In this document: positions 1 through 7,071 of the stretch, piece by piece
How positions within the stretch are numbered: position 1 is the stretch's first letter
Layout: each line of letters begins with the position of its first letter
DNA from: a virus
DNA length: 38,986 bases
Reading direction: 5' to 3' (one strand)
IMG/VR virus record: IMGVR_UViG_3300031084_000004
Span: 1 to 38,986 of that record
Notes under the pieces: model-generated
Seen by the model: only the letters and a program-made list of their open reading frames with translations
The model's database searches: none
Told to the model about the DNA's origin: nothing
Position numbers and translations under genes: made by a program

Positions 1-127
1 CCGTAGCAGCGGTCGCAAAACCTTCGGCCACAACGACCGGTCCGCTTTCAGCGTTGCCGATCGCGAACGTCCCGCCTTTAACCGGCACGCCCGCATGGAA
101 CAGCTTTTTGCCACCAGCTTCGGGTGG
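1..127. repeat. Terminal overlap, copy 1 (identical to 38860..38986)
   Basis: Compared base by base: ccgtagcagcggtcgc...caccagcttcgggtgg occurs at both window ends. The length of 127 matches a typical assembler k-mer overlap of a circular contig. Confidence 0.95.
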
Positions 128-652
128 GATAGACTGAACAGACTGGATCAGCCCATCTGCACCGAAGATCGGGACCAGCAGGTTATCGCCTTCCCGGCGT
201 GTGCCATATGGGGCGATATTCTTGCGCTCTAGGTAGCCGTTGCCCACGCCATTGATCGGCAGCGCCCGCGCCCAACGGGCACGGGCCTCCAGCCGGGCAT
301 TTTCTTCCCGGTGACGCTGCTGTGCCTCTCGGTGCGCTGCTTCCTTTTCACGCTTGGCGCGATCCGCTTCATCCAGGCGCGGGGCTTGACCACCAGTCAG
401 TGTCCGTATGGCGTCGCTGATCCCGACATTTTCCAGGCGTGATACGAAGTCTATGACATCGCCGTGCGCGCCGCATCCGAAGCAGTGGTAGGCGTTATCC
501 TTATAGACGACAAAGCTCGGACTTTTGTCGGCGTGGAACGGGCAGCACCCGACCTTGTTGCCGCCAGCGCGGCGCAGCGGGAGCGTCCGCGAGACAATAG
601 CCTCAAGCGGATATTCGCGCCGGATCGCGTCGAAATCATAGGCCACGTTCAC
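1..652 (-). CDS. Primase-helicase, N-terminal part (CHC2 zinc finger); continues through the circular junction into 37505..38859
   Basis: Own reverse-strand translation from GTG 652..650 (GGAG 6 nt upstream; GTGA overlap with the stop of 649..825). It gives VNVAYDFDAIRREYPLEAIVSRTLPLRRAGGNKVGCCPFHADKSPSFVVYKDNAYHCFGCGAHGDVIDF, the DnaG-type CHC2 zinc finger. The frame stays open to position 1 and is in frame with ORF 37505..38947 (total 2007 nt, 668 aa). Confidence 0.85.
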   Translation of the reverse strand, partial: MNVAYDFDAIRREYPLEAIVSRTLPLRRAGGNKVGCCPFHADKSPSFVVYKDNAYHCFGCGAHGDVIDFVSRLENVGISDAIRTLTGGQAPRLDEADRAKREKEAAHREAQQRHREENARLEARARWARALPINGVGNGYLERKNIAPYGTRREGDNLLVPIFGADGLIQSVQSIPPEAGGKKLFHAGVPVKGGTFAIGNAESGPVVVAEGFATAAT

Positions 653-825
653 GCTGTCTCCAGCTGATATGCGGTGATAAGAAGAGCGGCTTCGTCTGCC
701 GTCACCGCCTCGCAAGCCCCGGCCGTGACGATGACCGCTTTCTTCGCCTCAGGCGTCGGGCAGCGGTCGACCACAGCACGCAGCGCGTCGAGGTGCGGAG
801 GCAGGGCGAAGTCGCTGAGCGTCAT
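649..825 (-). CDS. Hypothetical protein (58 aa)
   Basis: Internal ATG 825..823 of ORF 649..867 forms an ATGA overlap with the stop of 822..1265. Its own stop overlaps the primase GTG (GTGA). Confidence 0.55.
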   Translation of the reverse strand: MTLSDFALPPHLDALRAVVDRCPTPEAKKAVIVTAGACEAVTADEAALLITAYQLETA

Positions 826-1265
826 GCGTGGGTCGCCCGAACAGGCGCACCGATGGATGCCAGCCAAGCAATCGCGCCCTCAGCCGTGCGACATACCGCC
901 ACGGGATGCCCGCGCAGGTGATACCAGTTGAGCGTCTTGATCTGGTCCTCGGACGGCATCTTCTGACCGTTCTTGAACTCGATGCGCGCGGTGGGCGCGT
1001 CAGCCCAGCTGATCCCAGTGTCAGGCTCACCCGGCGCCATTCCCTCGCGCTTGGCCTTCGCTGCTTCCCAATGCGACCGCTTCGCGCCGTTCGGCACGGC
1101 CATGACACGACACGCTTTGGCAGTGCGGCGCATGGTCGCGACGAAGGTGGCCTGTCGGCTGTCCTCGCTCTCCGGGCTGCGGTCTTTCGGCTCGACGTAG
1201 ATGGCCGGGTGAAGGACCTCTTTGGCCTGGTCTTCCAGCGCGTCCAGCATAGCGAACGCGTTCAC
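822..1265 (-). CDS. VRR-NUC domain nuclease
   Basis: 147 aa. Contains AVPNGAKRS ... GEPDTGISW...ARIEFKNGQKMPSEDQIKTLNWYHLRGHPVAVCRTAEGAIAWL, which fits the PD-(D/E)xK VRR-NUC pattern. GTG start with GTGA overlap to the upstream stop. Confidence 0.75.
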   Translation of the reverse strand: MNAFAMLDALEDQAKEVLHPAIYVEPKDRSPESEDSRQATFVATMRRTAKACRVMAVPNGAKRSHWEAAKAKREGMAPGEPDTGISWADAPTARIEFKNGQKMPSEDQIKTLNWYHLRGHPVAVCRTAEGAIAWLASIGAPVRATHA

Positions 1266-1450
1266 AGCAGCCGCCCTTTCTTCTGCATCGCCGCCTCAGC
1301 AACGCGCAGCTTGACACCGAAGGCATCCGCCAGGGTTTGAGGCGTATGAGCCGCCAGCTTTTCCGGCCGCGCGCAGTACAGGAACTGGAGCATATCCAAT
1401 TCGCGATCGGCAGCCGTACGAGGCTTGGGAAGCTTGGCGTATTTGCTCAT
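1262..1450 (-). CDS. Hypothetical protein (62 aa)
   Basis: Start MSKYAKLPKPRT at ATG 1450..1448, an ATGA overlap with the stop of 1447..2037. The longer ORF-track N-terminus is Arg/Gly-rich and unlikely to be real. Confidence 0.55.
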   Translation of the reverse strand: MSKYAKLPKPRTAADRELDMLQFLYCARPEKLAAHTPQTLADAFGVKLRVAEAAMQKKGRLL

Positions 1451-2037
1451 GCCGCCCACCGCACAGCCCGAAAGCCCTTGGCGCGCGCCCGGTCGACCAG
1501 TTCGGCATCCGTCATCCAGACGATGCCGCACATCCAGTATTTGCCGCCCTGGTTCTGATTACCATTCAGATCGCAGCGAAACACCGGACGATCACGGCGC
1601 ATGAAGTCGGCAGCCTGCCCAGCCTCCGACATGTCGCGCTGGTAGCCTTCGGGCCGGACGGGAATGACGAAAGTCTGGCGATCGACCTTGCGCGCCAGCG
1701 GACGCGGCGGCTTGCGGCGCTCGGCGATTTGCTCGCCACGCTTACGACCAAGGCCGAGCGACTGCGCCCAGGTGCTGATCTTGCAATACCGGACCCGGTA
1801 ATGCGCAGCCAGTTCCTTATAGGTGTGATGCTTGAAAAGCTCGGCGAAATCGGCGGGCACCGGATCCGGAACGCGGCCTGGCTTGGTCTGCCAAGTGCCG
1901 AAGCCAATCCGATTGGATGCGACCAGCACCGATTTGCGCGTCATGCCCAAGGCATCCGCCACTTGCTGGCCATTAGCGCCAGCCGCGACCATTTCGCGCG
2001 CCTTGGCGATGTTCTCGTCGGTCCACGTGCGCTTCAT
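1447..2037 (-). CDS. GcrA-like HTH DNA-binding protein
   Basis: 196 aa. The N-terminus MKRTWTDENIAKAREMVAAGANGQQVADALGMTRKSVLVASNRIGFG resembles the GcrA N-terminal DNA-binding domain (WTDE..L...G.S..QIA..LG.TRN.V.GK.HRLG). The C-terminal half is unassigned. Confidence 0.5.
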   Translation of the reverse strand: MKRTWTDENIAKAREMVAAGANGQQVADALGMTRKSVLVASNRIGFGTWQTKPGRVPDPVPADFAELFKHHTYKELAAHYRVRYCKISTWAQSLGLGRKRGEQIAERRKPPRPLARKVDRQTFVIPVRPEGYQRDMSEAGQAADFMRRDRPVFRCDLNGNQNQGGKYWMCGIVWMTDAELVDRARAKGFRAVRWAA

Positions 2038-2483
2038 GCCCGCACCTCCGACCGGCGCAGCAAGGCATCGAGCGAGTCCCGCAGGCCCTCGATCATGCTG
2101 CGATTGGATTGGATAAGGGCGGTGGGCACGGCATCCGCAGCCGCCAGCGCCTCATTGAAGAGCATTCCGACCTGCGCGATTTTCACGGCGGTCAAGCGGT
2201 CATTGCAGGGCGCGCGGTCACCTTCGTAACACATGCGCATGAGCGAGCCGGTGAAGCGACCATTCCACTCGCGCTTGCCGCGCGCATAGGCGACGACGCC
2301 CATCTCTGCGGTGCCATCGGCGTATTTAGCGGCCTGGTCCTCGCTCCTTCCAAGCACAGCGCCGATATCGGCCCAGGTCAGCTTGTCCTCGGTGCGGATC
2401 AGCGAGAGGCTATTCCCGAGATTGGACAGGACCAAGGAAGCGGAAAATGACGGGCGGTTGCCGTGGAAGCGCGGGTCAGTCAT
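2034..2483 (-). CDS. HTH regulatory protein (possibly CII/CP76-like)
   Basis: Start MTDPRFHG at ATG 2483..2481. HTH-like segment LTWADIGAVLGRSEDQAAKYADG. Lies in the early-left operon downstream of the cro-like gene. Confidence 0.4.
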   Translation of the reverse strand: MTDPRFHGNRPSFSASLVLSNLGNSLSLIRTEDKLTWADIGAVLGRSEDQAAKYADGTAEMGVVAYARGKREWNGRFTGSLMRMCYEGDRAPCNDRLTAVKIAQVGMLFNEALAAADAVPTALIQSNRSMIEGLRDSLDALLRRSEVRA

Positions 2484-2622
2484 TCGTATACCGCCCATTA
2501 TGGACAGAGTGACCCACCAGCCCGCGATCAATGCGATTACCTGCTGCAATGAATGCAGCAATCGCCAGCCCGAGAGCCGTGGCGATCAGCATCCAGCCGA
2601 TGAGGAAAAGAGCGATGTCCAT
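2476..2622 (-). CDS. Small membrane protein (48 aa)
   Basis: Own translation, below the ORF-track cutoff: MDIALFLIGWMLIATALGLAIAAFIAAGNRIDRGLVGHSVHNGRYTND. One hydrophobic helix. Overlaps the next start by 8 nt. Confidence 0.45.
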   Translation of the reverse strand: MDIALFLIGWMLIATALGLAIAAFIAAGNRIDRGLVGHSVHNGRYTND

Positions 2623-2625
2623 GTC

Positions 2626-2820
2626 TCAGCCTTTCCAGATATGGTCAGCGCAGCCACAGAGGACCGCGCGGCGGTGGGCGCAGGTCGGGGCTGGCGGGGT
2701 GAAGAATGCACCAGGCAAGCCAGCCCAGAAGAGCCGTTCGGTGCGCGATTGATCGGTCAGCATCCAATGCCGCGCCCAGCTGTCCGGCTCGCTGCCCGTG
2801 TTGATGGGGAGGGCGCTCAT
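2626..2820 (-). CDS. Hypothetical protein (64 aa)
   Basis: ATG 2820..2818 forms an ATGA overlap with the cro-like stop. Sequence: MSALPINTGSEPDSWARHWMLTDQSRTERLFWAGLPGAFFTPPAPTCAHRRAVLCGCADHIWKG. Confidence 0.45.
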   Translation of the reverse strand: MSALPINTGSEPDSWARHWMLTDQSRTERLFWAGLPGAFFTPPAPTCAHRRAVLCGCADHIWKG

Positions 2821-3014
2821 GCGGCGACAGATTTGGCAACAGTCTGTGCCAGCTCTTCGTATGTAGCGAGACCCTTCGACACGAAACCGTGCCAAGCCCC
2901 CGCAGGGATACTGTTGCGACGCGACCACGAACGGGTCGTGCTGAGCGGAAGGTCGAATGCTGAAGCCAGCGCTACCGGCCCCACTTCGTCCACGATCTGC
3001 TTGTGACTACGCAT
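2817..3014 (-). CDS. Cro-like/YdaS-type HTH regulator (65 aa)
   Basis: MRSHKQIVDEVGPVALASAFDLPLSTTRSWSRRNSIPAGAWHGFV resembles Cro/YdaS-type HTH proteins. It is divergent from the cI-like gene and is the first gene of the leftward operon. Confidence 0.6.
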   Translation of the reverse strand: MRSHKQIVDEVGPVALASAFDLPLSTTRSWSRRNSIPAGAWHGFVSKGLATYEELAQTVAKSVAA

Positions 3015-3022
3015 TGGTCATA

Positions 3023-3037
3023 TGTGCATTATGCACA
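3023..3037. promoter_or_regulatory. Operator OL1, perfect 15-bp palindrome TGTGCATTATGCACA
   Basis: 7-bp arms TGTGCAT/ATGCACA around a central T, read directly. Contains CATAAT on the minus strand. Confidence 0.7.
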
Positions 3038-3056
3038 GATGGTTGGCAAGTGCCAA
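3028..3056 (-). promoter_or_regulatory. Leftward early promoter candidate: -35 TTGGCA (3056..3051), 17-nt spacer, -10 CATAAT (3033..3028)
   Basis: Read on the minus strand. Both hexamers lie inside operator sites. The predicted transcript start is only about 7 nt before the cro-like ATG, so the message would be nearly leaderless. Confidence 0.5.
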
Positions 3057-3063
3057 ATGCACA
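3049..3063. promoter_or_regulatory. Operator OL2, degenerate copy AGTGCCAAATGCACA
   Basis: 11/15 match to OL1. Centre-to-centre distance to OL1 is 26 bp. Confidence 0.55.
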
Positions 3064-3086
3064 GACTTGCCGATTATGGCGACGAT

Positions 3087-3458
3087 ATGAATACGCCAGC
3101 AGAACGATTAAAATCGGCTCGGGAAGCCGCTGGGTTTGAAAACCCGCGTCAGGCTGCGCTTGCGTTAGGTCACAAATATGAGACCTATTATCAGCATGAA
3201 ACCGGGCAGCGTGGCATAACGGCAGCTAAAGCCGAGATATATGCGCGTCGCTTCCGCGTCACTTCGGAGTGGATCTTGTATGGGAAGGGGGATGGCCCTT
3301 CGCCTAGCGCTGACCCAACGGACGACGATCTTGCTGCAATGATTGAGAACGCTTTGCGCGAGTTGCCAGTGGGAGTGCCGCTCGGGGAGTTTCCGCGTCT
3401 CGTCGCACCAGCCCTTCGTGCGCAGCTAGAGCGCTTCCGAGTTGATCGCGAATTATGA
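3087..3458 (+). CDS. cI-like XRE-family HTH repressor (123 aa), no S24 peptidase domain
   Basis: Start MNTPAERLKSAREAAGFENPRQAALALGHKYETYYQHETGQRGI (XRE HTH) at ATG 3087. The ORF-track start at 3003 would run through the operators. The C-terminal ~50 aa show no Ser/Lys autocleavage-domain features. Confidence 0.7.
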   Translation: MNTPAERLKSAREAAGFENPRQAALALGHKYETYYQHETGQRGITAAKAEIYARRFRVTSEWILYGKGDGPSPSADPTDDDLAAMIENALRELPVGVPLGEFPRLVAPALRAQLERFRVDREL

Positions 3459-3765
3459 CCGATTCGGGCTGCAAGGACGTAGCCAAGCACAATCTCTCAA
3501 TTTCATTAGCCCACCACGCTATTCTTTCAGGTAGAATGGCGCATGACATGAGGCATATCTGACAGCGGATTGAGCAGGCTGGCTCGCGAAGCGTGAGCGG
3601 TGCGATTCTCGTTACCATGTTCTCTTTCTGTTCTTAAATTTCCAACATGACAAGAGCATCTTAACCATCCTCATTAATCCCGAGCAACATCGTCGGTTGA
3701 GGCAATAGTCCGCCATCGGATTGCATCCGGGGAAAACCCGGAGAGGCACAAATTTTTTTGCGATA

Positions 3766-3780
3766 TGTGCAAAATGCACT
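3766..3780. promoter_or_regulatory. Operator OR1, TGTGCAAAATGCACT
   Basis: Near-palindrome, 13/15 identical to OL1 (mismatches at arm position 7 and position 15); only position 15 breaks the inverted-repeat symmetry. Confidence 0.6.
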
Positions 3781-3791
3781 TGCTTTTGTTA

Positions 3792-3806
3792 TGTGCATAA
3801 TGCACA
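3792..3806. promoter_or_regulatory. Operator OR2, perfect palindrome TGTGCATAATGCACA, containing a -10-like CATAAT (3796..3801)
   Basis: Exact reverse complement of OL1. Lies 26 bp centre-to-centre from OR1, the same geometry as OL1/OL2, and 25 bp upstream of the first rightward gene. Confidence 0.7.
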
Positions 3807-3809
3807 CCA

Positions 3810-3825
3810 CCTCCATCAACGGAGG
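3810..3825 (+). promoter_or_regulatory. Small hairpin CCTCC-ATCAAC-GGAGG pairing the Shine-Dalgarno sequence of gene 3831
   Basis: 5-bp stem read directly. GGAGG (3821..3825) is the RBS of ATG 3831. Confidence 0.3.
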
Positions 3826-3830
3826 CACCC

Positions 3831-4031
3831 ATGACACAGGCCAACACCGCACCGCTCCCTTATCCCCGTGGCAGCCAGATTTGGGGCCGTCCCGGCCGTG
3901 AGACCCACGGCGTCACGATGAAGCTGATGGCGCAGGGCTTCTACGTCCACATCACGAAGACCGGCCGTCGTGTCGCTGTGTCGGCACGCACGCGCAAGCT
4001 GCTGCAAGCGCGCGGTCTGGCCGCCGCCTGA
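3831..4031 (+). CDS. Hypothetical protein (66 aa)
   Basis: ATG preceded by GGAGG with a 5-nt spacer. First gene of the rightward operon. Confidence 0.6.
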   Translation: MTQANTAPLPYPRGSQIWGRPGRETHGVTMKLMAQGFYVHITKTGRRVAVSARTRKLLQARGLAAA

Positions 4032-4086
4032 CTTCCCCGGAGCCTGCGAGTGCGACGCAGGCCGAGGATGAAATCAGGAGGTGGAT

Positions 4087-4263
4087 ATGCCCCAGGAAAA
4101 TCAGACGGCCAACGAACGCGTTGCCCTTCATTACGAGCGCAAAGCCACGCGAGTGCAGGGCGCGCTCTCTTCCATGTGCCTGATCTGGGCCGAAAAGGCC
4201 CACGCAGGCCATAGTAACCCGCTGGTGCGCCGCGTCGCTCGCATCATGGGTGCCGCAGCATGA
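4087..4263 (+). CDS. Hypothetical protein (58 aa)
   Basis: ATG 4087 preceded by AGGAGG. The ORF-track start (GTG 4081) lies inside the RBS. Confidence 0.55.
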   Translation: MPQENQTANERVALHYERKATRVQGALSSMCLIWAEKAHAGHSNPLVRRVARIMGAAA

Positions 4264-4526
4264 CCGCCCACGCCGCAATCACCGCGCAGGTGGATGTGCT
4301 GGTCGGAATGGCCGAGCCGCTAAGCGATCACGAGATCGTCGCCGTTATCCGCAAGCTGACCGAGCGGCTGACCTACAGCTACGGCGCGGACAAGATCGCT
4401 TACGGCTGCGACCTCGTGGACGACGATATCGCTGATGAGCAGCGGGTCGTGGAGCAGGGACTTCCTGCTGTCCACATGATCGAGACGCGCGCCGTTTCCC
4501 TCAACGCTGATGTGTGGGGTCTGTGA
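4260..4526 (+). CDS. Hypothetical acidic protein (88 aa)
   Basis: ATGA overlap with the upstream stop. Asp/Glu-rich centre (CDLVDDDIADEQRVVEQG). Confidence 0.55.
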   Translation: MTAHAAITAQVDVLVGMAEPLSDHEIVAVIRKLTERLTYSYGADKIAYGCDLVDDDIADEQRVVEQGLPAVHMIETRAVSLNADVWGL

Positions 4527-4975
4527 TGGCTGAGAAGATCATCAACCAGCCGTGGGAAGATGTTGCTGATGACGTCGTGACGGCGATTGAGAAGGCGGTT
4601 CAGCCGCTCATCAAGAAGGCGTCGGACGACATCTACGCCGGTCTTCTGGACACCACGCAGGATTATCTGCGCGACAATCTGGCGTTCAATATTGCTGAGC
4701 GGATCAGCGCGGCAGAGCGGCAGGCATCGGCCGATCGGATCGAAGCTGACCGGCTGCGTGGCGTCAATGCGACGTTGCTCGAAGCTCTCAATCGCCTGCT
4801 GCACGACGTCGATGATTTGACCTCCAGCAGCCAAGGCGTCGCGGGCCTGCACCTCAACGGCGATATCGCTCCTTGGTCCGACCTAGTGGAAGGCGGCCAC
4901 ATGGAGGCTTGGCTGGGAGAAGCAACCCACGAAGCCCGCGCCGCCATCACCCTCGCCACCGGAAAGGACGCATGA
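4526..4975 (+). CDS. Hypothetical protein (149 aa)
   Basis: ATG 4526 overlaps the upstream TGA (TGATG). Sequence has a helical, coiled-coil character. Confidence 0.55.
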   Translation: MAEKIINQPWEDVADDVVTAIEKAVQPLIKKASDDIYAGLLDTTQDYLRDNLAFNIAERISAAERQASADRIEADRLRGVNATLLEALNRLLHDVDDLTSSSQGVAGLHLNGDIAPWSDLVEGGHMEAWLGEATHEARAAITLATGKDA

Positions 4976-5262
4976 TGCAACTCCCGTTCGTTTCCCGCGC
5001 TTCCTACGATGCGGAAGTCGCGGCGCATGAGGCGACCGTGAAGCTTCTGAACGAAGCCAAGGATTTGATCGCCAAGCAGGCTCAGGATCTGATCACGGTC
5101 CGCGAGGCGTGCGCCAATCGGGTCCGCGAGGCCAATTCCGCCACCGAGCGACTGACCGTCGAGAACGCCTCGCTGCGATTGCAACTCCGCCCGTTCAAGG
5201 CACCGCGCCGTCGTGACGCCAAGGGCTGGTTTCTGCCGGAAAATCAGGAGCAGGCAGCGTGA
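4972..5262 (+). CDS. Hypothetical coiled-coil protein (96 aa)
   Basis: ATG 4972 forms an ATGA overlap with the upstream stop. Begins MMQLPFVSRASYDAEVAAHEATVKLLNEAKDLIAKQAQDL. Confidence 0.55.
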   Translation: MMQLPFVSRASYDAEVAAHEATVKLLNEAKDLIAKQAQDLITVREACANRVREANSATERLTVENASLRLQLRPFKAPRRRDAKGWFLPENQEQAA

Positions 5263-5429
5263 TCGTGGATCACGCAAACCCGTACCACGACGCGTTCTGC
5301 CGGTGCCGTGCGTGCAAGCCGCCGCTGGTCGGTGACCATACGCAGAAGACGGTCGCTCGCATTCGTGTGGTAACCGGGGCTGCTGCTGTCGCTGCTGCGA
5401 TCGTGCTGGGCAAGGGGCTGGGGCTGTGA
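5259..5429 (+). CDS. Small Cys-rich protein with C-terminal hydrophobic tail (56 aa)
   Basis: Own translation, below the track cutoff: VIVDHANPYHDAFCRCRACKPPLVGDHTQKTVARIRVVTGAAAVAAAIVLGKGLGL. GTGA overlaps at both ends; AGGAG 8 nt upstream. Confidence 0.45.
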   Translation: MIVDHANPYHDAFCRCRACKPPLVGDHTQKTVARIRVVTGAAAVAAAIVLGKGLGL

Positions 5430-6364
5430 GCATCATCACCGCGCCCGGCGCGTATCCGGACATCAGCAACGAGGACTATCACGGCCGTGAAATCTGCCCC
5501 GCACCGTCGATCAGCTCGACCGGCTTGAAGAAGATGGTGGGCGGTCCGTTCCAGGCGAAGGGCTGCACGCCGCGACACTACTGGGAAGGATCGCCGCTCA
5601 ATCCGAACCGCAAGCCGCAGGAACAGACGGATGCGCTTCGGCTGGGATCGGCCTTCCATGACGCGCTGCTGCTGCCTGCGCGGTGGATGGATCGGAACTG
5701 CTATCACGTCACGCCGGAAGGTTTCAGCCGCGCCAAGACTAAGGCCATGGCTGGCGACATTGCCGACGCCGACGCGGCGGAAGCGGCTGGCTGCACGATC
5801 GTCAGTGCTGAAGAGCGCGACCAGATCAACGCCATGGTCAAAGCCATGCGCGAGCATCCGACGTGCGACGCGCTGCTGACCGGCGGTCAGGCGGAAGTGA
5901 CACTGGCGTGGAAGGACGAAGAAACCGGCGTCTGGCTGCGCTGCCGTCCTGACTTCCTCCGCGACAACCTGTCGTGCGGGATCAACGTCAAGACGGCTGC
6001 TGACGCTTCGTTCGCGGGCTTTCAGAGCGACGTGACGAAGTACCGCTACTTCATGTCCGCCGCGCTCGAACTCGACGGGATCGAAGTCGTGATGGGCAAG
6101 CGCCCGCCGCTCTACGTCCACCCGACAATCGAGAAGCCGGGGAAGGGGTGGCAGCCCGGTGATTACCTGCCGGTCGCGCTGTGGACCCTGACCGACGAAG
6201 ATCTTGCCCATGGTCGTGCGCTCAACCGCATCGCCATCCGCCGCTTTGCCGACTGCCTGAGCGCGGATCGCTGGCCCGGTTACGCCGATGAGCCCGCTGC
6301 CTGCGGTGTCAGCGGCTGGGCGCGCAAACAGATTGACGAACTCATTGAGAAGGAGGCCGCATAA
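5426..6364 (+). CDS. RecE-like PD-(D/E)xK exonuclease (DUF3799/exodeoxyribonuclease VIII-like)
   Basis: 312 aa. The N-terminal GAYPDISNEDYHGREICPAPSISSTGLKKM is the signature start of this family. Sits directly upstream of recT. Confidence 0.75.
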   Translation: MSIITAPGAYPDISNEDYHGREICPAPSISSTGLKKMVGGPFQAKGCTPRHYWEGSPLNPNRKPQEQTDALRLGSAFHDALLLPARWMDRNCYHVTPEGFSRAKTKAMAGDIADADAAEAAGCTIVSAEERDQINAMVKAMREHPTCDALLTGGQAEVTLAWKDEETGVWLRCRPDFLRDNLSCGINVKTAADASFAGFQSDVTKYRYFMSAALELDGIEVVMGKRPPLYVHPTIEKPGKGWQPGDYLPVALWTLTDEDLAHGRALNRIAIRRFADCLSADRWPGYADEPAACGVSGWARKQIDELIEKEAA

Positions 6365-7071
6365 TGGCTACCGCAATTCAGAATGTCGAAGAACAGCCCC
6401 GCAAGGTCGTAGTCGCATCGGGCAACAAACTGGCGGCTTTCGTGCCCGCCACGCTGGACGAAGCATGGCGGCTCGCTGGCGCGCTCGCTCACTCGGGCAT
6501 GACCCCGAAGGCCTACGGTGCTGACCAGAACAAGATCATGGTCGGCATCATGGCCGGGGCGGAAGTCGGGCTGACCCCGTTTGCCGCACTCCAGTCGATC
6601 GCGGTCATCGGCAACAACCCGTCCCTCTGGGGCGATGGCGCACTTGCCCTGATCCAGGCATCGGGCCTGCTTGAGGACATGGAAGAGATGGACGACGGCA
6701 ATGTCGCCACGTGCCGCCTCAACCGGGTCGGCCGCGCTACGCCGATTGTCCGGTCGTTCAGCATGGAGGACGCCAAGAAGGCTGGGCTAGCCGGAAAGTC
6801 GGGTCCGTGGTCGCAATATCCGGCCCGTATGCGCCAGATGCGCGCCCGTGCCTTTGCCTTGCGCGACGGCTTCTCGGACGTGCTGAAGGGCCTGCACATC
6901 GCTGAGGAAGCCCGCGACTATCAGCCGATGGGGTCCGTCCCGGTCACGACCGCACAGCCCCTGACTTCCGCCGCCCTGCTCGGTCAGTCCGAACCTGTCG
7001 ACACCACCCCCCTTGACCCCAACGCTGGTGAGAAGCGGGGCGACGAGGACATGGGGGAGGCGGGGGAATGA
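6364..7071 (+). CDS. recT: RecT-family single-strand annealing protein
   Basis: 235 aa. Contains AGAEVGLTPFAALQSIAVIGNNPSLWGDGALALI and SGPWSQYPARMRQMRARAFALRDGF, typical RecT blocks. Confidence 0.85.
   Translation: MATAIQNVEEQPRKVVVASGNKLAAFVPATLDEAWRLAGALAHSGMTPKAYGADQNKIMVGIMAGAEVGLTPFAALQSIAVIGNNPSLWGDGALALIQASGLLEDMEEMDDGNVATCRLNRVGRATPIVRSFSMEDAKKAGLAGKSGPWSQYPARMRQMRARAFALRDGFSDVLKGLHIAEEARDYQPMGSVPVTTAQPLTSAALLGQSEPVDTTPLDPNAGEKRGDEDMGEAGE

Noticed and set aside
1-127. The terminal 127-bp repeat as a biological direct terminal repeat or LTR.
   Set aside because: The repeat falls in the middle of a continuous primase-helicase reading frame, and its length equals a common assembler k-mer. 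An assembly overlap of a circular or permuted molecule is the simpler explanation, and it is testable with reads.
822-1340. Plus-strand track ORFs 828..1340 and 973..1200 opposite the VRR-NUC gene, and plus-strand ORFs 1729..2229 and 2311..3006 opposite the early-left genes.
   Set aside because: They are antisense to motif-bearing or tightly coupled genes, and their composition is typical of a spurious GC-rich frame.
3003-3086. Upstream GTG start for the cI-like ORF.
   Set aside because: It would translate the operator/promoter region. The HTH domain starts right after ATG 3087.
3304-3852. Minus-strand track ORFs 3304..3618 and 3661..3852 in the immunity-region spacer.
   Set aside because: The first is mostly antisense to the cI-like gene. 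The second runs through both OR operators and the RBS of gene 3831. Neither has an RBS or a protein-like sequence.
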